Assembly: GCA_963835575.1 (NCBI GenBank)
Contig: CAWIGG010000002.1
Location: 1,440,001 to 1,504,000 of the forward strand
DNA: 64,000 nt
Source: an uncultured Spirochaetota bacterium
GTDB taxonomy: Bacteria; Spirochaetota; Brevinematia; Brevinematales; JAOACQ01
Direction: 5' to 3'
Part shown: one piece after another, positions 50,181 through 58,506 of the stretch
Numbering within the stretch: position 1 is the first letter of the stretch
Layout: each line of letters begins with the position of its first letter
Position numbers and translations under genes: made by a program
The notes under the pieces: model-generated
The model's database searches: none
Told to the model about the DNA's origin: nothing
The model's input: the letters and a program-made list of their open reading frames with translations, nothing else

Positions 50181-50312
50181 GGTGCCCCAGGTTTTAGTAG
50201 ATAATGATTTCAGGAGTAGGTGAACCTGGGAGTCCCTGGGAAAACGGGTATATTGAATCTTTTGATGGGTAAATTAAGGGATGAGTTGCTTAATGGAGAG
50301 CTTTTTGATATA
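50181..50312 (+). mobile_element. Internally deleted IS3-family remnant
   Basis: End-like TGCCCCAGGTTTTAGTAGA followed by frameshifted EPGSPWENGYIESF / GKLRDELLNGELFD, the IS3 transposase core motif. Confidence 0.7.
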
Positions 50313-50563
50313 TTAAATATAATTGATAAGATTAAAAATGAATTTAAAATTTTATCGGGAAAAGGAATTCACATCACTTTTTTTCATACAAAAACAAAAT
50401 ACAATAGATAAGTTGATAGACGAGCCGGAGTTTTGTTATTAAGTCGTTATTAATTTGCCAAATAGCTGGCCAAGTAATAAAATAATCCTTGTTATGGGAA
50501 ATGCGCCAAGCCCTTATCAACCAGTATATTTTGGAAACAAAATAGTTCCAGGAAGGCGAATTA

Positions 50564-51730
50564 ATGAACCACCAGGTCATCAACCATAAGGCTATCAAAA
50601 ATTACAATAGACATAAGATTTTAAATCTTCTCTCGGTTAAAAGGGAATTAACTAGACAGGATATTTCTTTAATGACAAACATCAGCATACCGACGGTCGC
50701 TGCAAATATAAATGAACTAATCAAAGAAGGTCTGGTTGAAGAAGCCGGTATGGCTGCATCGACCGGCGGCCGGAAAGCGCTTATCGTCCGCTATCTGCCG
50801 GATGCCAAGGTTTCTTTCGGCGTGGAAATAACGCCGGAAAAAGTCGGGATTCTCCTTTCGAATCTGGATTCGGAAATCCGCTTCGAGACGGAGCTTGTAA
50901 CGGAACCTTTCGCCCGCATAGATGATGTTATGATCCGCATTTCGGAAGAAATTGAGCGTATACTTTTATCGCTGAAGATTCCTGCAGAAAGGGTGCTCGG
51001 GATAGGTTTTTCATTGCCGGGCACTGTGAACCAGAAACAGATGGCGCTGGAGCTTGCGCCCAATCTTGGAATGAAGGGCATCCTTTTTAAACCGTTTGAA
51101 AATCTTTTCCGCTATCCGATCTTTATTGAGAATGAGGCGAATGCCGGCGCTCTTGCCGAGATGAAACTCGGGAATCAATCAAAATCGGGAAACCTGGTTT
51201 ATATTTCGATTACCGGAGGAATCGGAACAGGCATTATTATCCATGGAAAATTATACAAGGGAAAAAACCAGCGTGCGGGCGAGTTCGGCCATATGACAAT
51301 AGTCCCTGAGGGAAAACTTTGCAATTGCGGACGAAAGGGCTGCTGGGAACTCTACGCCTCGGAAAAAGCGTTATTAGGACGTTACAGCGAATCAAAAGGC
51401 GGTAAAAATCCGGCTGTTTATTCTGTTTCGGATTTCCTGGAATCCCTGAAAGCCGGTGAAAAGAATGCTTTAAATTTATGGAACGAATATCTGGACTACG
51501 TTGCTCTGGGTATTCAAAACATAATGCTGGGGCTGGATCCTCAAATGATTATAATCGGCGGGAAAATTGGATTGTTGGGCGATACCCTTATTGAACCTCT
51601 CAAGGAAAGGGTGTTTACACCGGTTGTATTCGAAGGAGCGGGAGATGTCTCGATTGCCGCTTCACAGCTCGGTTTCCATGCGCCGATGCTCGGAGCCGCC
51701 ATTCTTCCGATCCAGGAATATCTAGAATAA
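50564..51730 (+). CDS. ROK family transcriptional regulator (XylR-like)
   Basis: N-terminal HTH with STGGRK; IENEANAGALAE, GGIGTGI and AGEFGHMTI..CNCG.KGCWE motifs. Confidence 0.92.
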   Translation: MNHQVINHKAIKNYNRHKILNLLSVKRELTRQDISLMTNISIPTVAANINELIKEGLVEEAGMAASTGGRKALIVRYLPDAKVSFGVEITPEKVGILLSNLDSEIRFETELVTEPFARIDDVMIRISEEIERILLSLKIPAERVLGIGFSLPGTVNQKQMALELAPNLGMKGILFKPFENLFRYPIFIENEANAGALAEMKLGNQSKSGNLVYISITGGIGTGIIIHGKLYKGKNQRAGEFGHMTIVPEGKLCNCGRKGCWELYASEKALLGRYSESKGGKNPAVYSVSDFLESLKAGEKNALNLWNEYLDYVALGIQNIMLGLDPQMIIIGGKIGLLGDTLIEPLKERVFTPVVFEGAGDVSIAASQLGFHAPMLGAAILPIQEYLE

Positions 51731-52921
51731 TCATCCCAATCCGGATTTGCGGCGGGTGTAAATATCGTACAGAACGGCAAAAAGCAGTACCAAGGCTTTT
51801 ACGACATACTGCCATTGAGCCATGATATTCTTCAGCGACATGCCGTTGTCGATCGCTGCCATAACAAGACCGCCGGTCATAGCGCCGATAATTGTGCCGA
51901 TGCCGCCGGAAGTCGAAGCGCCGCCTATAAAACATGCGCCGATCGCATCGAGTTCGAAAAGGTTTCCCGCCTGCGGCAGGGCGGAATTCATATATGCCGC
52001 GAATATGACGCCGGCAAGTCCGCATAAGCCGCCCATTATGACATGCACAATGAAGGTCACCCTCTCGGTATTGATGCCCGACAGTTTGGCGGATCGGGCG
52101 TTACCCCCTACCGCATAGATATAGCGCCCCAGGATCGTATTATTGGTGATAAAAGTAAAGAGGGCTATGGTTATTCCAAGGACTATTACAACGATCGGGA
52201 CGCCGCGGTATGTTGCGAATTCCCAAGACAGGGCCCCGATAAAAAGACCGATCAGAAGAATTTTTCCAAGAAACAATCTCATCGACAGCACTTCAAAATT
52301 GTAGCGTTTCTTGTTATTGCGCGAAATTATTTCAGAAATGATATAAATGACAAAAACCAATGCCCCGATAAGTAGCGCCGTATAATATATGCCGCCGATC
52401 GTCAGGGCGTCTATATTTACCGTTCCGGTGGCAATCTGCTTGAACTGGTCGTCCTTGAGGGAAATCGGGGTAACATTGGTTACGATATATGTCAGGCCCC
52501 GGAAAAGCAGCATTCCCGCAAGGGTCACGATAAATGCCGGAATTTTGAGATACGCTATCCAGTAACCCTGGAACGCGCCGATAGCAATACCGATGCAGAT
52601 AGTCAGGAATACGGTTGCGATCATGCCTACCCCGGTATTGTATATCATGACGCTGAACGCTCCGGTCAAGGCGCATAAGGAACCGACGGAAAGATCGATA
52701 TTCCCGATGATGATTACCATCATCATTCCGACGGCAAGCAGAAGGATATAACTGTTCTGCATGAAGATATTCGTGATGTTGCGCGAATCAAGATTGATGC
52801 CGTTTGTTAAAAACGCGAAGGCGATCAAGATCAGAGCCAGCATAATGATCATCGAATAATTACGGATATTACTTATCAGCAATGAACTTAATGTTGTTTT
52901 TTGCGGTCTGCCGTCATTCAT
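51731..52921 (-). CDS. Multiple monosaccharide ABC transporter permease (GguB/MmsB-like)
   Basis: IDLSVGS, IPAFIVTLAGMLLFRGL, GRYIYAVGGN..A.LSGI and AGNLFELDAI motifs. Confidence 0.92.
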   Translation of the reverse strand: MNDGRPQKTTLSSLLISNIRNYSMIIMLALILIAFAFLTNGINLDSRNITNIFMQNSYILLLAVGMMMVIIIGNIDLSVGSLCALTGAFSVMIYNTGVGMIATVFLTICIGIAIGAFQGYWIAYLKIPAFIVTLAGMLLFRGLTYIVTNVTPISLKDDQFKQIATGTVNIDALTIGGIYYTALLIGALVFVIYIISEIISRNNKKRYNFEVLSMRLFLGKILLIGLFIGALSWEFATYRGVPIVVIVLGITIALFTFITNNTILGRYIYAVGGNARSAKLSGINTERVTFIVHVIMGGLCGLAGVIFAAYMNSALPQAGNLFELDAIGACFIGGASTSGGIGTIIGAMTGGLVMAAIDNGMSLKNIMAQWQYVVKALVLLFAVLYDIYTRRKSGLG

Positions 52922-54459
52922 ACAAGTTCTTCCTCCTGCTTAACTAATGCCATACGCATTACTTTTTCCTGGGTCGCTTCTTCACGCATCAGCATACCTT
53001 TTATCCTGCCTTCATTCATCACATAGATCCGGTCGGCCATCGAAAGGGCTTCGGGCAATTCTGATGTGACTATGATTATGCTTTTTCCCTCTTTCACCAG
53101 GTCATTCAATATGGAATGGATCTCGAACTTTGCGCCCACATCGATGCCACGAGTCGGTTCGTCCACAATAAAAATATCCGGATTGGCGAGAAGGGTCCGG
53201 CTCAATATGACTTTCTGCTGGTTTCCGCCGGAAAGGTTGCGCGCCAGCTGGTTTATTGAAGGGGTTTTTATATGCAATGAATCCCGGTATTTTTCGGCCG
53301 CGATGATCTCTTCACGCGTGTTGACGACGCCGGCCTTGGACAATTTGCTTAAGCTGGAAATGGAAATATTTGTTTTGACGCTCTGTATCAGTATCAAACC
53401 GAAGGTCTTGCGGTCTTCGGTGACATATCCTATCCCCGCTTTAAGGGCCATCATCGGCTTGGTGGTGTGGACCCGCTTTCCATGGATATATATTTCTCCC
53501 TTGCAGCTTGAACCGTAGGATTGGCCGTAAATGCTCATCATCAGTTCGGTCCTGCCGGCGCCCATAGGCCCGCAGAATGCAAGTATCTCGCCTTTTCGAA
53601 GATAGAATGAAACGTTGTCGACGACCTTGAGCAAATGATAATCGGGATGATAGACGGTCCAGTTCCTGACTTCGAGTACTTTCTCCTCGGTCTCTATGGG
53701 ATGTTTTTCCAGGCGCGTATCGAGATCCCGGCCGACCATATCCTTTATGAGCATCGTTTCGTTCAGGGAATCTTTTTTCACGTTATATGAAGATATCGAT
53801 TTTCCATCGCGCAATACCGTGACGGAATCGGCGATGCTGAGAACTTCCCTTAGTTTATGTGAAATCATTATGCAGGTGATCCCATGCTTTTTAAGGTCCC
53901 GGATGAGATCAAGCAGCTTGTCGCTTTCATCATCGTTAAGAGAAGACGTCGGTTCGTCTAAAATAAGCAGCTCGACTTTTTTTGAAAGCGCCCGGGCGAT
54001 TTCCACGAGCTGCTGCTTTCCGACACCGAGCTTGCTCACGATCGTACCCGGGTTTTCCTTCAAGCCGACGCGGTCAAGATATTTCTTCGATTCTTCAATA
54101 TATTTATCCCAGTTGATAATGCCCATAATCGTTTTCATATGCCCGAGAAAGATATTCTCGTAAATAGACAGGTACGGGCTCAGTGCAAGTTCCTGGTGAA
54201 TAATGGCAAGATTTTCTTTTTCGCTGTCCTTAACGCTCAAATAGTGTATTTCTTTACCTTTATAAAAAACTTTTCCCTGGTAGCTCCCTTTCGGGAACAC
54301 ACCGCTGATTACGCTCATGAGAGTGGATTTCCCGGCTCCGTTTTCACCTACTATCGAATGTATTTCTCCCTTTTTAACTTTCAGGTATACAGAATCAAGC
54401 GCGCGCACCCCGGGAAAATCCTTGGTTAGATTCTGGATTTCCAGTATATATTCGCTCAT
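52918..54459 (-). CDS. Monosaccharide ABC transporter ATP-binding protein (GguA/MmsA-like)
   Basis: Tandem ABC domains: GENGAGKST, LDEPT, LSGGNQQK, DEPTRGIDVGAK. Confidence 0.93.
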   Translation of the reverse strand: MSEYILEIQNLTKDFPGVRALDSVYLKVKKGEIHSIVGENGAGKSTLMSVISGVFPKGSYQGKVFYKGKEIHYLSVKDSEKENLAIIHQELALSPYLSIYENIFLGHMKTIMGIINWDKYIEESKKYLDRVGLKENPGTIVSKLGVGKQQLVEIARALSKKVELLILDEPTSSLNDDESDKLLDLIRDLKKHGITCIMISHKLREVLSIADSVTVLRDGKSISSYNVKKDSLNETMLIKDMVGRDLDTRLEKHPIETEEKVLEVRNWTVYHPDYHLLKVVDNVSFYLRKGEILAFCGPMGAGRTELMMSIYGQSYGSSCKGEIYIHGKRVHTTKPMMALKAGIGYVTEDRKTFGLILIQSVKTNISISSLSKLSKAGVVNTREEIIAAEKYRDSLHIKTPSINQLARNLSGGNQQKVILSRTLLANPDIFIVDEPTRGIDVGAKFEIHSILNDLVKEGKSIIIVTSELPEALSMADRIYVMNEGRIKGMLMREEATQEKVMRMALVKQEEELV

Positions 54460-54480
54460 TATATTTATAACCTGTCAATT

Positions 54481-54524
54481 GAAAAATAAAAAAAATAAAA
54501 CATACCGGGCCCGTTAAGGCCCGG
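54481..54524 (-). terminator. Hairpin plus T-tract between the binding protein and ATPase genes
   Basis: Minus strand CCGGGCC-TTAACG-GGCCCGG followed by a T-rich tract. Confidence 0.6.
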
Positions 54525-54542
54525 CCGGCTTACTCTAATTGA

Positions 54543-55628
54543 TTATTTTATATCGCTTTCTTTGTAGTATCCGCTGTCTACCATGACAGCCTTCCAGTTG
54601 TCTTTAGTGACGGCAACAGGCTCGAGAAGGAAAGCTTTTACAAACTTCATTCCGGTATTATAGGTATTGGTGTCAAGACGCGCACCTTTGATGTCAGGAG
54701 TCGTGCCTTTCAGCAATGCGTCGGCAAGATCAATGGTCGCGGCTGCGAGGCTGCGCGTATCCTTGAAAACCGTCATGTACTGCTTTCCGTCGCGGATGAA
54801 TGCGATAGAAGCGGCTTCACCGTCCTGGCCTGTTACCACAGGAAGCTTTTTCGCATATTTTGCATCTGAAGAACATGCTTCGATTATCGCGCGGGCAAGT
54901 GTGTCGTTAGGAGCAAGAATACCGTCGAGAACTACATTTTTGCAATCGCCGCTCAGAAGGTTTTCCATGCGGGTCTTTGCAATATCCGGCATCCAGTTTT
55001 CCGTCGTGATCTTCATCCAAGTCGGATCGGTATCTTTGAGCGGAGCGGGTCCGGCGATCTTAAGAACTCCCTTCTGTACATACGGGGCAAGAATGCTCAT
55101 AGCGCCGTCGAAAAACATCCTCGAATTGTTGTCCGTTGGAGAACCTGAGAACAGCGTGATGACCTTCGGTTTGGCCTTCGTCGCATTAGGAAGGTCGAGT
55201 GCCGTTTCAAGGGCTTTACCCTGTAAGGTTCCGACCTTGAAGTTATCAAAAGTGATATAGTAGTCATAATCCTTGGAACCGGTAATTAAACGGTCGTATG
55301 CAATGACGATCACACCGTCTTTAGCAGCGTCCGCAACGACAGGATCCACGCCTTCGTTAATATCACCGATAACGAGAAGCTTTGCGCCTTTTGTCAGGAA
55401 ATCCTGGATCTGCCCATTCTGCTTGCTCTGGTCAGCGTCACCGTAGGAAACTTCCGACTTGTAACCCTTGGCAATTGCATCCGCAACAAGTGAAGCGCCG
55501 TCCTTATACCAGCGCAGGACATGGGTTTCAGGCATCGCGACGCCTATATACTTCCCGCCTGTTTTGGCGCATGAGAAAAGCCCGGCTGCTACAAAAAGAA
55601 CAACCACTACTGTTAACAATTTCCTCAT
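54543..55628 (-). CDS. Sugar ABC transporter substrate-binding lipoprotein (ChvE/SbpA-like)
   Basis: GGAGG RBS before ATG 55628; lipobox LFSC; IGVAMP..RW..DG, IAYDRLI, TFDNFKVG, GSPTDNN and VTGQD motifs. Confidence 0.92.
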   Translation of the reverse strand: MRKLLTVVVVLFVAAGLFSCAKTGGKYIGVAMPETHVLRWYKDGASLVADAIAKGYKSEVSYGDADQSKQNGQIQDFLTKGAKLLVIGDINEGVDPVVADAAKDGVIVIAYDRLITGSKDYDYYITFDNFKVGTLQGKALETALDLPNATKAKPKVITLFSGSPTDNNSRMFFDGAMSILAPYVQKGVLKIAGPAPLKDTDPTWMKITTENWMPDIAKTRMENLLSGDCKNVVLDGILAPNDTLARAIIEACSSDAKYAKKLPVVTGQDGEAASIAFIRDGKQYMTVFKDTRSLAAATIDLADALLKGTTPDIKGARLDTNTYNTGMKFVKAFLLEPVAVTKDNWKAVMVDSGYYKESDIK

Positions 55629-55806
55629 AAAATATTCCTCCATAAAAAATTTTACATTATTGTAAATAATCGGATTCATAATTTATGCTGCAATTGAATT
55701 AATTTTTAATGATATTATCATCTTTTTTATTCCATGTCAATTAATTAAATAAAATATTAAATGATATTTAATAACTATGAACTAAGTTCCCGCTCGAGGC
55801 TGCCGC

Positions 55807-57201
55807 GAGTTATAATAGAAAGTTGTGTATAGGAATAAATATTATAAAAAAGATGGCGTACCCTCTATAATTTATTTACGACAATAAACAAAAGGAGGAA
55901 TACGCCATATGCCGAAGCACAACGAAGATTTTAAGCTCTTACAGGCTTTTAATCAAGATGAAACAGTAGAATTTTTATGTCTTGAAGAATTGGCAAGGAT
56001 CGGGGCCAGGGAAATAATCAAGAAGGCTCTGGAAGATGAAATTAATGGGTTTCTTCAGGAGAGAGAGCATTTAACTATCGAAGACGGGAGAAAGGCAATA
56101 GTAAGAAATGGGTATCATAAAGCCCGTCAGATTCTCATTGGTGGAGGGGCTATTGATGTATGTATTCCGAGAACAAGGAACCGACTCGGAGGCGACAATT
56201 TTCAAAGCCTAATAGTACCGCCGTATATGAGAAAAAGCCTGAGAATTGAGGAAGCCATTCCATTGTTGTATCTCTATGGAGTCTCAGAGATGGATATGGA
56301 GAATGCCTTGAGAGGATTGCTTGGTGAAGAAGCGAAAGGATTATCAGCCTCAAGTATAAGCAGAATGAAACAAGGATGGGGTAAAGAATATGATGAGTGG
56401 CGGACATCCGATTTAAGCGATAAAAAGTATTGCTATATATGGGTTGACGGCATTTACTTCAATGTACAGGGCAGCGAAGACCGTTTATGCACTCTTGTAA
56501 TGATCGGAGCCAATGAGAATGGTGAAAAGGAGATTATTCTTGTTGAAGAAGGTTACAGAGAGAATTCCGAGACTTGGTTAGGGATATTAAGAAACCTAAA
56601 AGAAAAAGGTTTGAAAGGTCCTATTCTTTTTATCGGAGACGGAAGCCTTGGATTCTGGAAAGCAGCCAAAGAAGTATATCCTGAATCCAGATGGCAGAGA
56701 TGCTGGGTTCATAAGATAAAGAACATTCTAAACAAGCTGCCCAAAGTATTACAGTCAAAGGCAAAAGAGATGCTTCATGAGATATGCAATGCTCCTGATA
56801 AGGATAATGCTATCAAAGCTTTTGAATTATTCCAGGCGGTTTTTAATCCTAAATATCCAGCAGCTGTCGAATGTTTAGAAAAGGATTGGGAGCTTATGAT
56901 CGAATTTTATAACTGTCCGGCGGAACATTGGGTACATATCCGTACGACAAACGTAATAGAATCTACCTTCTCTACAGTTCGATTAAGAACTAAAAAGATG
57001 AGAGGCTGCGGAACCAGGGAAACGATTCTAATAATGGTCTATAAATTACTGGATAAGGCATCCAGGCGATGGAGAAAATTAAGAGGTTATGAAAAGATTA
57101 GCCTTGTATTGGAAGGCGCTGTTTTTGAGAACGGAGAGCTTGTAAAAAAGGCAGCATAAAAAAATGAGAGGGTATGTCATACACAACATTTGACAAAAGC
57201 C
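55807..57201 (+). mobile_element. IS256-family insertion sequence (ends approximate)
   Basis: Imperfect IR sharing GTTGTGTAT / ATACACAAC; no target duplication recognised. Confidence 0.75.
55909..57159 (+). CDS. IS256-family transposase
   Basis: RNGY, LYLYGVS, YIWVDG, IGDGSLGFW, QRCWVHK and HIRTTNVIES motifs. Confidence 0.94.
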   Translation: MPKHNEDFKLLQAFNQDETVEFLCLEELARIGAREIIKKALEDEINGFLQEREHLTIEDGRKAIVRNGYHKARQILIGGGAIDVCIPRTRNRLGGDNFQSLIVPPYMRKSLRIEEAIPLLYLYGVSEMDMENALRGLLGEEAKGLSASSISRMKQGWGKEYDEWRTSDLSDKKYCYIWVDGIYFNVQGSEDRLCTLVMIGANENGEKEIILVEEGYRENSETWLGILRNLKEKGLKGPILFIGDGSLGFWKAAKEVYPESRWQRCWVHKIKNILNKLPKVLQSKAKEMLHEICNAPDKDNAIKAFELFQAVFNPKYPAAVECLEKDWELMIEFYNCPAEHWVHIRTTNVIESTFSTVRLRTKKMRGCGTRETILIMVYKLLDKASRRWRKLRGYEKISLVLEGAVFENGELVKKAA

Positions 57202-57519
57202 AACCTTACTCGAACTATGTCTTTTTAATCTTAAAAGTTCTCTATAACCCACTTTTATTCTTTTGTTTTTTCTCTTTTATTTCTTCCTTTGCCATCTTTT
57301 CTGTTTCAATTATTCCAATCTTATTCCTTTTGCTTTCCCTTATCCCAATTTTTTGCCTTAATTTAATTTTTCACAAGGACGGGCTGAGACTTTTTGTTTT
57401 CAGGGAAAATTTAATCACCTGATGGTTTTGAACTGTTTTGACATAATAAAAAGCCGTTTCTGTTTTTGATTAATCCCATAGAAACACTCCCCACAATGTA
57501 ATATTGGTTCAAAATCAGT

Positions 57520-57538
57520 GGTACCAAATCGGTACCAA
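57520..57538. repeat. GGTACCAA direct repeat with 11-bp period next to the tRNA 3' end
   Basis: GGTACCAA at 57520-57527 and 57531-57538, about 60 bp from the tRNA end. Confidence 0.55.
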
Positions 57539-57594
57539 TGAAAGGGTGTGTTTTCTATCTTATTGAACGGTAATGTTTTAGAAAAGTACAAATA

Positions 57595-57679
57595 CGGAGG
57601 AGGAGGGATTCGAACCCCCGGTACCTTGCGGTACAACGGTTTTCAAGACCGTCTCCTTCGACCGCTCGGACACTCCTCC
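57595..57679 (-). tRNA. tRNA-Ser (anticodon TGA)
   Basis: GGAGGAGTGTCCGAGCGGTCGAAGGAGACGGTCTTGAAAACCGTTGTACCGCAAGGTACCGGGGGTTCGAATCCCTCCTCCTCCG: full cloverleaf with long variable arm and G discriminator; CCA not encoded. Confidence 0.97.
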
Positions 57680-57686
57680 AAATTAT

Positions 57687-57841
57687 GCAATTCCAAAATT
57701 TTATTTTTGGAATTGCCTTATAATAAATACTTTTTGGGAAATTCTAAAACCGCTGCCGCGAGGAGTTCGCGAAGCGAACTTAGCGGCTGCATGATTCAGA
57801 ACAATATTGGCAGTTCTAAATTTTCGAGTTTTAGAACTGCC
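57687..57841 (-). repeat. Composite three-hairpin element, copy B, in the tRNA leader
   Basis: Hairpins at 57809-57841, 57752-57790 and 57687-57716; reverse complement is colinear with 6316-6518. Confidence 0.75.
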
Positions 57842-57849
57842 TGTTTATT

Positions 57850-57878
57850 ATTTTATTATAGACGATGAAAATTGTCAA
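57850..57878 (-). promoter_or_regulatory. Sigma70 promoter upstream of tRNA-Ser
   Basis: Minus strand TTGACA (57878-57873), 17 bp, TAAAAT (57855-57850). Confidence 0.7.
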
Positions 57879-57908
57879 AAAACGTTATTAACGAAAAGAA
57901 CCCCGGCT

Positions 57909-58421
57909 TTATATCTTCAATAACTTTTTAATTTTGGCCAGCAATGCCGATTGCTCCAGGCTTAAACTCCTTTTTAAATAATTGATCATATAAATAGTGT
58001 CATTTATGAATTTATTCCTGAATTCATCGGAAGTCTCTTTTAAACTTAAAAGATTGTCCAGCATGTCGGCTAATTTGATCAACAGGGCTTCGCCGCTCAT
58101 GGCGTTCAGCTTCCCGGCAAGATAGCGGTCTTTACCCTGGATCTTTATCTCTTCTTTATTATTAGTCAGTTCCAACACTAGATCGGCAATTTTTTTATTA
58201 AAGATTTCAGCCAGTTCTTCATAAGATGTGTCTGTGTCCTCAAGAGTATCATGAAGATAAGCGGCGCATATGACATCGGGACTGTCCGTTAAAGAAGATA
58301 ATCTTAGAGCGACATTTTCAGGATGAACAATATAAGGCCTATTACTGAATTTCCTTTTTTGATTCTTATGTTTAAGCTTTGCGAAAAGATAAGCTTTTTC
58401 AATCAATTTATCACTATCCAT
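57909..58421 (-). CDS. Standalone RelA/SpoT-type HD hydrolase (small alarmone hydrolase-like)
   Basis: H..QKRK..PYIVHP, AAYLHDTLEDT and IKLADMLDN motifs; no synthetase domain. Confidence 0.85.
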   Translation of the reverse strand: MDSDKLIEKAYLFAKLKHKNQKRKFSNRPYIVHPENVALRLSSLTDSPDVICAAYLHDTLEDTDTSYEELAEIFNKKIADLVLELTNNKEEIKIQGKDRYLAGKLNAMSGEALLIKLADMLDNLLSLKETSDEFRNKFINDTIYMINYLKRSLSLEQSALLAKIKKLLKI

Positions 58422-58506
58422 ATCTTTAAATTAACTGATTTTTGACAAATAAGCAAATTCTGTCTATTATTGAGGAAGAAATCAGCTGATACGGGAAAGT
58501 AATAAA

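Larger units (their letters stand above)
21949..57595. mobile_element. Putative composite genomic island built at the tRNA-Ser 3' end
   Basis: att-like repeats at 21949, 22316 and 43276; integrase-like fragment at 48748-49086; IS and pseudogene content; boundary at the tRNA 3' end. Extent is inferred. Confidence 0.5.

Noticed and set aside
55799..55809. GCTGCCGCGAG shared with 57752-57762 as a target duplication or third composite copy
   Set aside because: Only 11 bp, not flanking the IS ends symmetrically, and the rest of the element is absent.
57415..57868. ORFs 57415-57636 and 57548-57868
   Set aside because: They overlap the tRNA and the hairpin element and are most likely spurious.
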